A DNA stretch of 64,000 bases from Mytilus californianus (lineage: Eukaryota): assembly GCF_021869535.1 (NCBI RefSeq), contig NW_026262593.1, forward strand, positions 15,624,001-15,688,000, read 5' to 3'. Positions within the stretch are counted from its first letter, which is position 1; each line of letters opens with the position of its first letter. The translations under genes were made by a program, and so were the position numbers. Below the pieces are notes generated by a model. The model was not told the DNA's origin. It searched no databases and saw only the letters and a program-made list of their open reading frames with translations. Positions 37,301 to 52,300 of the stretch are shown piece by piece.

Positions 37301-40300
37301 AATTTCGGCCTACAATTCGGAGTACATCTGATAAAAGATTTTTGACATTTTTGAAACACTCCAGTGTCTACTTAAGTCGATTCAATTAGTCTATGTTAAA
37401 GATTTTAACCAATTTGGTCATTAAAGACTCAAATTCAAGCTGAAATATGAAAAATCTATCAAATATGCCATAAAACGTCACTTTTCAGATGGCTTTTGTC
37501 TAAAATGGAAGTGGCTGCATTCGTGTTCAGTCTCAACATTTATATATGTTATGTATTATCATTAAATACAACATATATTTAAATATTAAGACTGAACACA
37601 AGTGCGGCCAATTCCATTTTAGACAAAATCCGTCTTAAAATTAACACAAATGCTAATATTGTGAAAATTGCAGTATTTTTGCATGAAAAAATGATGCTAG
37701 TACCTGATGCATGTCCATTGTATTGTCAAAAACAGCCCATATTCATGTAACACAAATATTTTACTTTCCAATAAATAGCTATAAGTGACATTTTTAACTA
37801 CTTTGTAAAATCGCTATATTTTGGGGCCAAAAAGGGGTCTTACCGGACCTACTCCTTTATATAAGACAATTTGTTTTCACCCGTAAAACAAATATTCACA
37901 AATGTACCAACAAATGATATACAAAATGCCTTTAAATTTGAAACAACTTACACTTTATAAATATTGCCATACTGTCAGCCACTGCATGGTGTATAGCTGA
38001 AAATAAAGATGATAATCTTGAGCATTTTTTTAATTTAACTATTTGTCTTAAATATATGCACCCATAGCATAGCTTAAATCAGCATATAATTTTCATCTGA
38101 ACTTGTCGTAATAGTTTCTGCAACTAGATACTAGTCATGTCCAATACTTTCTGTCTTCAATTTATCAAAATATTGCAATAATTGTTCATGTATTATAACT
38201 TAAGAAACAGAAATCGGAAACGATTTTATTGTAACTCTACTTGCAAAATTGTTCCTTTCCTTTTGGACTAACTAGGTTGTTTTATATGAAATCGTATTTC
38301 TTTTATACTAAAAGTAAAGGCGTATACCAGCTGTTTGCCTTACATAACGATAAAGACCTTTTTTAGTACATTGTATACTAGAAACTCCAATTCATTTAAA
38401 AAAAAAATACAATGTGTAACTTGTACCCTTTGGCACGTACATGATGTCGCATTGCACCATGGATATCATATCACTTGTCCTAATGACAGCACTAACCCCT
38501 TCGTTGCATCTGATCTCTGTTTAGATTCCGATTGTAATTACTCCAATGTATATGCATAGACTTATGATACTAAACTGTGGACATCGGCATACATGTACTA
38601 CTTTCATTTAAATTGTTTGGACTTGTCCAAAAAGTGGTCTCTAGTCCTCTTCAAATCAAGTAAAAAAATATTTTACTTAGTCTTTGTACGTTTAAAGTTT
38701 TTTTTTAATACAATTAAGAACAAACATGACTTTGGTTTATACTCCATGAATATGCTAGAAAAGTTAGATAACATTACCCTTCGACACATTGGAACTTGCA
38801 CTAAAAAGAATAAAAGGCTGTTCTGTGATATTTTCCTCATACTGACAGTTGCCTTCAGCATCTCCAACAAGTAACAAACCCTCGTCTGTCTCACATTTAT
38901 CTGATTTATCATTTCTTATGTAAAATCGTCTACTATAGTTGCCGGCATGACGATCAGCTTTCCCATGTATACTACAAGTGTATAAAAAGCTATTATATTA
39001 AATAAAATAAATGAATCTCCAATAACATTTCATAGAAAAAATATTTAATAGGCATTAGTTATGAATTAGAAAAAATAAGATTTTTTTTTTTTGTTTCAAT
39101 CATATATAAAATCGAAATAATAATATTTTGCTATTAGCTATCAGTTTGATTCAATTTCGTCAAAATATGCTAAAAATAAAGATCGATAATGTATTATTCG
39201 GCTTGCAAGTCAATAATTCAACCTCATTTGAATCTAAAATCATGCATTCTTCAATTAAACCTTTAGTGAAGATGGGCTGCGCATGTGTTCAACGTGTGGT
39301 TCATTTATTAAAAAGCCCACAAAAATCATTCTTAGATAAGTGAAAAGATGATGATTGGACGTGGTTGTCTGTCTATTTATATTTATATTTATGTTTATTT
39401 TGGGTTATATGAACGTTGGTATTCTTCGGAGGTCATTTCTATAGATAATTATATGGTGTCTAATCTAAAATACACACGAAATGCTGATACATTATAACGA
39501 CTTCATGTATTGTAATTTTTTTCTTTTTGGCCTTTTTATAATTTGAATATAAGTTTTAGTATATTATAAAACAAATATGAGAATTTATGTCAAATAGGTG
39601 AACATAAATTTGACAGTTAATGCCGTTGTAAGCCAACAGAATGTGTAGTAATTATGTTTAACCAGTACTCAAATATTTGATACAATTATTCCTATTCGTG
39701 CACTACATAAAATCAGATAAATGTGAGACAGACGAAGGTTTGTTACTTGTTGGAGATGCTGAAGGCAACTGTCAGTATGAGGAAAATAGCCCCCGATTTT
39801 CCCTGCGATTTAATGCCCCCACTTGTTGGTCAAATATCTAATTACGATTTGCGAAACAGTAATAATTATGTAGTACCAAGTTTTAGACTAGATATAACCA
39901 GAAAATCTTTTTTGCCATCTACTACTATTGAATGGAATAACCTAAACCCCGACATACGTACGTCCAAAAATATAAATATTTTTAAACGAAAGATGAAGTC
40001 TAAATTGATACAGCCACCCTCCTATTTCAGTTGTGGTGATAGAAATCTTAATATCATTCATACACGTTTGAGAAATATGTGCAGTTCTTTAAATTCAGAT
40101 TTACATCGTGTTAATATTAAACCCAGTCCAGCATGCAGCTGTGGCCACCCTGTTGAGGATAGTATTCACTATTTTTTTGAGTGCCCTTTTCACAACGAAG
40201 CAAGAGAAATATTGTTTTCAAAATTAGAAAGGCATGCTATATCCATTGAGCTTCTATTGGCTGGTGACGGTGACCTTTCTTTTCAGCAAAACAAAGAAAT

Positions 40301-43300
40301 TTTTGAGTCTGTACAAGCATATATCAGAATAACACAAAGATTTAAAACAATCAATTAACATTCTGAATTCCTACTTTCCAACTCTTCACTCCAGTCCAGT
40401 TTTATATATAATTCCATATTATATTATTTTTTTTGTATTTTTTTTGTTTTTTGTTTTTTGTATTTTGTTTTTGTATGCAATTTGTATTTATACATGCATT
40501 CCTACTATGTTTTTCGTCATTATCTAATGTACTTTGTGTTTATATTTATATAGGGAGAGGACGTCACTAATGTTGTTATAACTTGTGTCCAATCCCTTTT
40601 GCTACTTTTGCAAATAAAATATGTTTAAATTATAAAATAAACTTTAAAAACGGTAAAGTTATTTCGCTGAAAAAAATGAGCATAAGTTTTTTTTTCTGTA
40701 ACGACGACCATCGCAAGTCAGTTTAGAATAGGTTTGCCATGAATATCGAGATCAAAGTACCTGTATTACTGTCAGTTTTGCCATTTGATGTTTTTTGTTC
40801 GTTTTTAATTTTTTTTCCCCTCTAGTCAACAATACGAATTGATATTTTATTCTCATATTTTCATCAAATATTTTTTCAGTTTAGTCATACCTCATGTCGA
40901 GGAATAGGAGAAGCATTTTTAGTTTCTGAGTGACCGGCATACAGTAAGAGTGTAATAACAAATGGTAATATTAATTCACATTGCAGTTACTCTTGTATGA
41001 AGAAAAAGAGACGTTGGATACACGGAAGAGAGACAGTAGCAAACATAAATCGTCAAGTTGACTTCTAGAATACGGTTCCAAACAAAACTTTGGTCCACAA
41101 ACAAAATGTTGAAATAGTTTTCCTTTCTCTTTACAAAAGGAGCGTTAGCTGTCAAAATCATGTTAACCGATTTCAATCAAATTTTCATATACGATAAATA
41201 ATATACTAAAACGCATATCCAACTTTCAAAAAGTCCTAAAGAAACAGTTACCAATGCATTGATTCGTTAAAATGTATTAGCATTTATTGTGTATTTTATA
41301 CTAAAAACCATTTATTAACCACCTAGATTACCTCCGAAGAATGTAAGCGGTCATTTGACCCGATATAACATAACTATGATATAAATAGACAAGCCAGCAC
41401 GCGTAATCGTATAAAGACGATTTATCTCAAGGTCTGTTAAATTTCATGTAAAAGATTAAAAAAATATCTTTCATGTTTTTATGTTAATAGTATGTCTATT
41501 TAATAGCTGATTATGCCTATCACATACGTAACCCTTTTACAGCTAAGGGTCAAATTAAGATAGCATGGATATGGATTAAAATGAGTCGGATTATTAACTT
41601 GCAAGCCAATAATGCATCAGTGATGTTTCTTAGCTTATTTTGACATATTCGATCACACTGATTGCTAATATCGAAATATTAATTAAAAAAATCCTCTTTT
41701 TTATATTTTTATCGTGTCACCCTTTTAAATCGTAGATAATGTTCCTATAGGACGCAGTAATAAGAGGAGAAATCACAGAAAAATATTAAAACGTTGGGCG
41801 ACATTGAATAATAGAAACGTAATATACGGAATAGATTCTCCAATGATATTTTTAGTGAGCAAACTAGTGTAACTTTTAAGTTCTACATCGTATGATATCA
41901 TTAATAAATTATTAAACCAGAAGCTACTTGCACCGGTTGTAGCGGAAGTCTTTGCTAGATGTCGATCACAGTTAATCTGTTCATTGAAGAACACAGCTGT
42001 GGGGTAATATCAACACACTATAAAAATTATATCTGGCAAAATAATCTAACGGATATTGTCATAAATAGTATTGTTGCCTCTTATGTATGCAGTTACGTGG
42101 TTTAGTGTCTTCAATATTATAATTAGTTAACACAAAATAAAATGAATTTAACGGTGAAACCTTACCCAACAACAGAAAAGTGTGTAAAATCTATGTCTTT
42201 ATTCAGGTCACTGTAACTACTATTGATGAGTCGACTCTTATCAAACCAGCTTGTCTTGTTTGTTTCACTTCCATTAAACAAAAAAAATGCCTTTTCAATA
42301 CCGCTCACAAAAAGTGATATTCTAACCTGAAACAAGTTAATGATATATAGATTAAAAGATATTCTGCAACCACTTTAATTCACTGGTCGGTTATAGCAAA
42401 TTTGTTATCGTTATAAGTCCCAATTATCAGGTTGTCTGCAAATTGATATTGTAAAATATCAACTACGAGTCACAATATGAAACTTTTTGTCGAGTAAGCA
42501 CAGCGAAAACGGCTTCATATTGTGTCGAGCAGCTGATATTTTATAGAAATAGATTACCTTAGTTGTATTTGGCAAAACTATTAGAAATTTTTGGTCCTCA
42601 ATGCTCATCAACTTCGTACTTTATTTGGCCTTTTTAACATTTTTTTATTCGAGCGTCACTGATGAGTCTTTTGTAGACGAAAGGCTCGTCTGGCGCAAAT
42701 ATAAAATTTCAATCCTGGTATCTATGATGAGTTTATTTACAATATAAATATGCAGACAACCAGATAATCGAATTATCGGGTTGTATTTGCGTATTTTGCG
42801 TAATAAAAACAAGTGTTTTGTTTGTTTCACCAACAAACCGGAAGATCACGGGTTTCGGGTTATACCTATCAACGTCGGTTCGTTCATTATGACGTCCATG
42901 ATCAAAGTTATCAAGGCCGGTTCAATGTATTTGACGTCACAAAGCCGTGATATCTAATACCATGAAGAGCTGAGCAGAGTGATACAGACAGTGGGACGAC
43001 CGATAAATATATTTCCATATACTAGTATAGCAACAAGTAATATTTGAAATGTAGAAGATGGTTACAATGTTTAACACGAATATTTTCTTCGAAAGAATTT
43101 TAAATCATTGTAGAAACAAAAGTCGAAAGAAGTATCTTTGCCTGTGATATAATTCAATTCTTGATAATGCACATGTCAAACCAATATATTGCTAGACCAT
43201 ATACAGCAAATTATTAGCACAGAACTTGAAAAAGGACAATTCCGTGGTTTCTTTTTAAAAAAGATATTCGGTTTTGTAATTTAGTATTCCAATCCCATGT

Positions 43301-46300
43301 ACACATGTTAGAAACAAATTTAAAATAAATACCAAATCTATTTCTACATTGGACCAGTTGTTGACGATATCTGACTTGAAATGTTTCTTCACTTGGTATT
43401 TCGAACATTGTAATGACATGGCTTCTTTGTCATTCACATTTAATGAATCGTTAGACATGAACAAATCGTAAGCACTACCATTTCCTGTAAAGGAATATAA
43501 CAATAGTTTAAATGATGACAGAAAGACCACATTTTGAGAAAAAAAATCTTTGTGTTTCTTTTATGGTGAAATTTCGTAAGGAAATGAAGGAAACATCACT
43601 TGATATATATTTCTAAAGGCATATGCACATAATTTGATGTTATTCTATATATAGATGTTTTGTATGTGGATTCCCAAAGTTTTTGTTGAGTTTATCTGCT
43701 GGAATATTGCGCAGGCAACTAGTGTGTCGGTACATTTTGACTGAACATTTTCGATTACACGCTAATTAATTGTGCTATAGGCAAGGCTGTAACTTCCTAT
43801 GACATTGCTTTTGGTGTACTGTTTATGCTTTTTATATCATGCATTTCAGTTTATTTTGTAAATTTGGCTTTTATATTTTTTGACCATGAGCTTATCTGAT
43901 GAAGATTATTTCATGTATATTAAGCTTTGAGATCATACGTTAAATTCCCACGTCTATGTAGAACGGGCTAATGGTTGACTGGTCCGTCCATCAAGGAAAT
44001 ACGGTTTATGTACTTAAAGAAATAAAAGTTTACAAATTATTTCAAAATGAAGTATATAAAGTTTGTAGTGTTTATACTAAATTTTCTGAATATAAACTGC
44101 CAACGCCATGGCAAAAAAAGAAAAAAAGAACAAACAACAAACAACAGTATTCAAAACAAAGTATAAATAACTGAAGACTGAGCAACACGAACCCCGCCAA
44201 AAGTCGGGGTGATTTCAGGAGTTCCGGAGGGGTAAGTAGATCCTATTCCACATGTGGCACACGTTATGTTACTCATATAAGTACAAACCCGTAGGTCACA
44301 TTCGAGGAAAAGAGGACGGGTTTGGGGTTACGACAATTCGAAATTATTCGTTCTTCATCGATGTCTGTGAAACAAATATTCCATAACGGTCAACCAACTT
44401 GTGATGGCGTTCGTAAAAATTTTAATTAGATGATTACAACTTCGCTACTTGGAACTCTTGGTTTAATAGCTCCCTTGTGAGGAGCAACCCTCTATAAGGA
44501 TATCATAATAGGAAATGCAAGCTCTATAATATCGAATCAACTGGGAGATATACACTCCATATGCTAGCGTTGTTGAAGTGTTACTATATAGAAATTGAAA
44601 GTTCACAATTGGGACGCTAAAATCATCTTTTCAAAGTTTTGTTGTCAACCAACTCCCATGGTCAATTTCTAGATAAAAGTTGACCTTAACAATTGGTGAG
44701 AAAAAACTGTTTTTCTTTAACTTGCATAATAAAACGAAATGTTTGGCGAAACTTTTTGAATACCTGAAAAGAAAGAAAAATCACTTGATATATGTCTTTC
44801 TTTAAGGAATTGTTTGTTTCTGGTATCATAGAAATGAATGATAAATATAGATTACCTCCAGTTGCTATTTTGTAGACAAGAGCCCAGCATTCCTCTTCAC
44901 CTCGAGACATACAAATATGCAGATTCACAGCTGCATAAATTATCAAAACTGTAAATTATTATTATTTACATTAATTAATTAATAAACTTTATGCAAACTT
45001 CTAAATTCTACCTGATTATAAAATGACACACCACATCGATAACGTTTGTAATGTTTACAATGCCTAATAAGAAATTATTTTATAGATAATTCATTGTATC
45101 TTATATACCTATATGGAGTTATTTGCTTTCAGAACGATAAGGTCATTCTTTGAAGAAACAATCCGGACGATACCAAGTTTGAATGAAAAGTGATTCTATG
45201 CATAAAATAATTACCTGTGTTAGGTCATTATTTACCCCGATTTTAATGCAAACTAATCTGTTAAAACATCATTTGATGTTGCCAAATAGGAGTTTTCCAT
45301 ACAACTTTCCATTTTGAATATTCCTAAAAGGTTTAAGGCAGAAACAAACCTTTACTCCATATATCAGTTTGAAATACTAGTACCAGAGAAATGTCTATAA
45401 TTAAAATATGGTCGGTCTTTCATTTAAATAAACCTGACACCCCTCGGTGTGTTATACGACAAGAAAAACCTGAAAATATGCATTATCTGTAACATATACT
45501 TTAGTGATAATGTAGAAGCATGATCACAAGGTACAATCAATAATTTGTCTGTAAAAATGGGTAGAAATAGTTTGTCTTGTATATTACAGGACTCTGCAAC
45601 ACTGTGCAATTCATAGGAGATTAAAATTATTCATGTATGTTAAGCCATCTACTTCTAGGTATCCGTGTATATAATGCCATGAATATGAAGTTTTAATTAT
45701 TTCAATATAATGTTTAAACATCTGCATCTTGTCTTTGGTTATTCTCGTGTCCACGAAGCCGGTAAAATCAAGCTATAAATAAGAATATCAATTGTACTAT
45801 TATTAAAATAAAATTTACAATTATACCGAAATTGGAAACGGTAAACGTTCCCTATCGAATCTGAACATTTCCAAGTATACAAAAGATTCATTCAACAGTG
45901 GATGGGAAGTAGAAAATGAAAGCAGAAGCATAGAAGAATACAATATATTTCTTTAATTGAGATTTAAAGTAAGAATATAATTCGAACAGAGCAGTTAAGA
46001 CAATAATTAATAAACAAAACAAGGACAATAGTATCAAAACTGTTGTAACACTCCCAAACGTGTCCATCCCCCAAACGTGTCCATCCCCCCAAACGTGTCC
46101 GATGCCCCCAAACATGTCTATTTCCCCCAAACGTGTCCTAAAAAGTTGATATCGCCCAAACGTGTCTGATTTCATAACCCCTAAACGTGTCCGATGCTTG
46201 TTATTCGCCAAAACGTGTCCACTTTAAAACGCCTAAACGTCTAAAAACTTTAAGCTCTATTATGTTCTCATTGACGTCAATAACATAGGAAAATGTCGGG

Positions 46301-49300
46301 TTTCAGTTGGATCCAAAATAAGATTAAAGCCGCTTTCAGAAGACATAAATCCTGAAGTATTTTTGGGCACAATTTCCAGAAATTAAAGAAGAAAATTCAA
46401 AATTCATTAGCATTAGTTTGTTCCACCCCAGTTCTTTATATTTAGCATGGCATAATTGCAAGATTGAAAGGAACAGACTTGAAAGAAGAAAATTCTAAAT
46501 TTATTTAGCATTAGTTTGTTCAACCCAAGTTTTTTATATTTAGCATAAATGCAAGATTTATTAGCAACATATAGATAACTTTTGACTGTTGCTTGCATAA
46601 AGTCTAGTGGCAAATATTTCATGCATATTTAGAGCGAACATAAAGATTAGTTTAGTACAGTTAAATTAATCCTTTACTAAGTAATTTATTTTGTACTAAT
46701 AAACTGCGGTGATGCCTTACTTTATTAATTATGTATGAGTATATTGCACGGCCGGCTTCCTGCAGAGGAATTTTCAATTTTTTTGAACAGTTTTGATTTT
46801 TTAAAAACTCTTGAAATTATAAACTGAAATCAGGTTTTATATCATAAATTTTGGGTTTCGAGCATCACTTGAAGACACACAAACAATAGACATTACGTCC
46901 AGTGGCAAAAATTCTTCCATAATAAGGACGACAACATATTAACAATAATACTATAGGTAAGTTCTATAAAGAGAGGCGGAAGAATGATATCCGGGACTTT
47001 GGGATTGTATCATTATTGTTCCGATAATTTGGGATTGGGCCTTAATGTGTACGGTTGTTAGGAATATACACTAATCGGGACTCGGAATTAAATAATTTTT
47101 GGGAGCGGGGAAAGACCGCTTTCTTTTTTTCGGGACTTCAGTATGACATTCCTTCATTCCCCTTTATATAATAGAGGCCGTTTGAAATTAAAGTTGGGGA
47201 AATTCTAACTGCCACTAGATAATAAGGGTATATGTCATTATGTGTAGGGACAAAAATGTTGCCTTGCAGCATACCACCGACGACACCCTGAAAGAGTTTT
47301 TACAAGGATTTTAATGTGCAGAGAGTGGGAATTCTCCCTACGGGAGGTATCTGATTTAATGTCCACATCATTACATAACATTGCTGCGTACTTTACATCC
47401 CACACAGTCAATCGGGGGTCCCAATTTGGCACGGGTTATACTATTAATTTCATAAAGACCTAAATGACTATATTTCAATTTGCAATCAAATAGTTAAAGG
47501 AGTATACGTCAATGAAAGATCAATAACCAAATAATGGTAGACACGTTTGGGTGTTTATAAATATGACACGCGTTAGCGCCCTTTTACAACTAGATATGTT
47601 TTTGAGTTCAGTGACGTTATATGGACACGTTTTGGGGAATCGGACACGTTTGGGGGGATGGACACGTTTCTGAGTGTTACATAAAGATTCGGAAAAAAGA
47701 CAGAAGTATTTACAGGAAGAAGTGACATTTTTCTCGATCTTTTTTATTTAAAGAATTTCAAAAAGCCGACAACGTTACCACCTAACGTCAAATTTCTCAT
47801 TGATCCAGCCAGTTCTCGTAGTAACGTCAGACAATCTATTAGAATTTTGTAGTACTCTAATATATTTCAAAGATAATGGCAGATAGTAAAACTGATGTTG
47901 ATGTTGATGATATAGAAGAAATTATAATTAGATTACTATCTAAAATTGACGTCGGTTAAAGTATAAAAGAAAACAGAACGGATAAAATAGACAGTATACA
48001 GTATAGATCAAAACTAAGCGAGTTTTAAAGAAGTAAAGTATCAAGCATTGAAATGGAAATTGATGCTGTGAAAAAAGAACTCATATAAGAAAAGACGCTA
48101 AAGAATTTAAGTTAGAATTCAGTAAGGCAAGACAAGATATTAAAAAGATTAATGATACCTGCGACCCAGCCGATGAATCCAACGTTTCTAATACGCGACA
48201 AGACCTTCAATGCAGATCAAAAACGAATGATTTAGTCTTTAGTGGAATTGAGGAGAAAATGGATAAAAATACCAAACTCGTCATTCAAAACTTTATTTCA
48301 ATGGACCGGAAGGAAGATTTCAAAAGAAATACAGTTTGGAATTAATTATAGGTTTGGCAGAGTAGGTAATATTAAAGGTTAACCAAGGCCTAGTGTTGTG
48401 GATATACTTTTTAACGAAGACCTGAGCACAGTATTATAGACAAGTCCTAATATAAAAGAAAAACCTTTAAATAGAATTTAATTTACAATTCACACTAGAA
48501 ATTGAAGAGGCGAGAAGAAAATAATATCCTGTCAGGACAGAAGCCAAAAAATAGAAAAAAGCTAATTTTGTTCGCGATAAAGTGATAATCGACGGCAAAA
48601 ACTGTCATCTTTCGTTGCATAATAATGTTTTATAAGGAAGAGTTATCAAATTGTTACGGCATATCGAAAACGAAAGTAATTTTGTCATGTGGATTAAAAT
48701 TTCATCTTAAAACACGAAATTATTACGGCGATGTCATACTTAGTTCGGTTTATGTTCCGCCAAAAAATACAAAATACAGTTACTCTGATGCTTTTCAAAA
48801 AATCAAAAGGGATATATTAAAACATTCCTTTGAAAATAAATACGCATGTCTGGCTGGTGATTTAAACAGCAGAACACCAAAAGACTTAAATTATATAATT
48901 GCCGAGGAAAACAATCTTGACGATATAATTATTGAATTATCCCTCACTGAAGAAAATTATCTGCACACACTTGACAATATTAGTTGTCATAGAACTAGGA
49001 TCAATATGGATAAAACAAAATATAATTATGGTAATTTACTTTTAGACATATGTAGATACGCTGTTCTGTACATTGTTAACGGACGAATATGTGATAACAT
49101 TGCTGGTAAACTTATAAGTAAAACAGTAGACTATTTCTTGGCATCAAAAGACCTTTGAAGTATTATCTTAAATTCTGATGTATTAGATTTTAGTAAATTA
49201 TTTTCAGACGTGCACTGTCCTTTTGGACATTTGATTAAACATAAATATGCCATGCAACTGTATCAACCTATCTAACAGCCGAGGTCAGATTAGGGATTTT

Positions 49301-52300
49301 TGGTATGATTATAACATCAGTAGTACCTACTGTATTGCACCAGATGCACATTTCGACAATACATTTCTATAAACAGTATATATACTGATGTCCGGAGTGA
49401 AAATATTTGAAAATCCAAATCCTTAAATAGCTATATATAGATGCTGATGATGATGGATGTTAAACATCCAGTGACAAATTAAATGCATATTCAGGACAAG
49501 ATAATGTTAATGCGATATGAATCTGAACCCTGCTTCGTACAAGACAGACACGCTGAGACGGGTTTTAAACGTGCTAGTTCACACAGTAACAGTCCACAGA
49601 AAAACCTGTCACCCTACTTGGATTCAATATTCTGGCTCAGCGCCGACCAGTCTTTGCTTTTACTCCTTAACGCCTTGTGCTTAGCGGAAAATTTGCAAAT
49701 AACAATTTTAATGTCATTGGTTTAACCCGGTCGGGGATCAAAACCACGACCTCCCCGACTCAAGGCGAACACGCTACCAAGAGTCCACCGAAGCGGTCAA
49801 ACCCTAATAAAAACTTTGACGAAGCTATCAAACCTTAAAGTATCAACAGGATAGTCAAACTCGGAAAACGAACCAGCGCTGCGCTATGCAAATGAGGGAA
49901 ATGCAAATTCATTAGTTTATATTATTTTAACAAATTTCTAAAATTAATGACATGGTCACAAAATTAGACAAACCCCTGCCTTTTATCATTGCACGGGAGA
50001 GAAATATGGTTTTAATCACCTCAACCATAGAAAATAAAGCTATTCTAATGTATGAAGTTTATTGATTTTTATTTGACAATTTGTAGCGTCAATGACGATG
50101 GTGTATCAATATGCATCTCCTGTACTTCGAACGTGAAAATGCTCTGTTTCATTCTGGTCATGTTGGCAAATAAGAACGATTACTTGGAGATACAATTTTG
50201 CAAAAAGAAATATTTAATTTTAATGCAACTAACTTAGGAGTATAAACATAAAGCGGATGCATGAAAAGTTAAAAAGAATAACAAAACTAAACTAATTATC
50301 AATTTATTATTATCTTTATAATGAAACACTCTGGATATTTGTATTTTACGCTTCGTTTCCTATTCCCGTGTTAAAATTTGACACGGTTTCTATTATCCGA
50401 TAAATTAATTGACAATTGGATGATGTGTAATTGAGTTCAATAAATCACCTGTAAATCAATAATGTAAACATTTTTACTATTTCCGTTTTCAGTATTTCAT
50501 TGCAGTCATAATGTTTAACAACAACAGTTGTTTGCTGCTTTGTCAACAGGTGCAAACTAAAAAATTGTGTAAAGTTACGTTCGAAATGATTACACTTATC
50601 AACAAGATTCATGCATTTTAACAAACAAAATCGGAAAACAATTCCACAGATTTTGTTAATCTCTTCTGCTTCAAAATTTCGGTAAGAGGAAGAGAAGTCG
50701 CTAAGGACTTTTCTCCTTCCTGTTATTTAAATTCTTTAAAATATTCATAACATCTCGGTCTTTGACTTGTTAAGGTATTTTCCTACAACATGGCCACGTG
50801 GATCATAACTATACATCGAATTACCACAGTCTCAAGAACTAGGAGTGCTGTTTTTCATTACCAATGTCGACAGCAATAGATTAAATGCATTTAAATTCAC
50901 GATTATATCTATTTAGATGTTGATATAGTAAACATTTATCTGCTCTTTTTTCGGGTTGTTGTCTCTTTGACATATTCGCCATTTCCATTCTCAATTTTAT
51001 TTTATACTGTGATGCCTACGGAAGCGGCACAGATATTCCTTAGTGCGTTTATATAAGGCACACACAGTTTCTTCCACGACTGAACACCACATCCCGGCCT
51101 AGTTCATCTTTTCAAATAAACTAACTATAGACATGAAGTTTTTCATTTAAAGTCGTTTGGAAAAGAAAAGTGAGAAAGTTCTGCTATAAACAGTAGACAA
51201 AACAGAACTTTGTGTTTTTATTACCAAGCCTGATCGTGTTTGTCAATTTCGGGCATTGCACGGATAACTTTGGGATATCCGCGTGCATTTGTTTTCAAAT
51301 AAGGGCGACAGAAAGCATTTCATAAAGGTCGGAATCTGTGACGGTGTTATATTCCCACTACTCATCTTTTAAACAGGTATTTGAAGTTCGGATATTACAG
51401 ATTTTATATGTGGAAATGTATATCCGTAAAGGTAAAGCTAGTATTGCATTTTCCATTTTGTAAAATCGTTATAGTAAGGGTAAGGTGGTCTGAGGGAGGA
51501 AAAATGGTGTTAACAGAAGGAAGATGATATCCGTCAAAAAATCAGAACAAATACGGAAGGCTAAATCCTTTCAAAAATAGGACAAAGAAAATTTTAAAAA
51601 CTGTCATCCATGACCCGACAGAAACAAGAAATATACAATGAAACATACATATAACCACAGTATAGAATCAAGTAACTGCAAGAAAACTCGCTATAAAACC
51701 ACAGATGGGGACAAAAAATCAAAAAACTCATTTTACTGTCAAATATTAAGAGCAAGCAGGGAAATTATCTCGTGAACTTAAACTCTAAAATTGAAAAAAA
51801 AATAGCAATATGCTCACCAAGCACGGGGGAACATTCTGTCGTATCCACACAGTACGAGGGTTAAGCTCCGTAATAAACATCAGACAAAAAATTGATATGC
51901 AACGTACAATCATATTTGACAGCTTCTTCCTTAAATGTACATAACAAAAATATGCCAGTTGCTTCAATTTTAACTGTAAACAATTTTGCTTAATTTTAAA
52001 ATGAAAATAAAAAAACTTAAAAGGCACAGTTTGCGAAATGGCACAAAGCTTTCGAAATAACAAAAATGTTTGCGAAATAACGCTAAATATTGAAAATAAT
52101 GTTCAAGTGGAGCTAATATGACTCCATATACGTACAATTTACCAAAAAATATAACAAAAAAACGAAACTCCAAGGCAAATTCAAAAAGAAAAGGTCCATA
52201 AAAACTGATAAAAATCAAACGCTATCAATCAACGGAACAAGTGAAAAACAACTGCCATGTTCCTGACTTGGTACAGGCATTTCACGAATTTGAATTAACT

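Noticed and set aside
38410-38660. Alternative exon 6 candidates
   Set aside because: Weak splice sites or in-frame stops; 37952-37996 has strong sites, the right phase and the expected AD.M.IF motif.
39723-40358. 211-aa ORF as a host gene
   Set aside because: It is a chimera of antisense exon 5 sequence and a CR1 ORF2 C-terminus, with a non-ATG start.
40976-41994. ORFs 41773-41994 and 40976-41176 as gene A exons
   Set aside because: Superficial WF/W motifs only; exon 4 (42166-42326) joins exon 5 in phase and completes the domain without them.
45888-46211. Repetitive ORF (GDGHVWG) and the ORFs at 29830-30197 and 58930-59172
   Set aside because: Translations of TE subterminal repeats.
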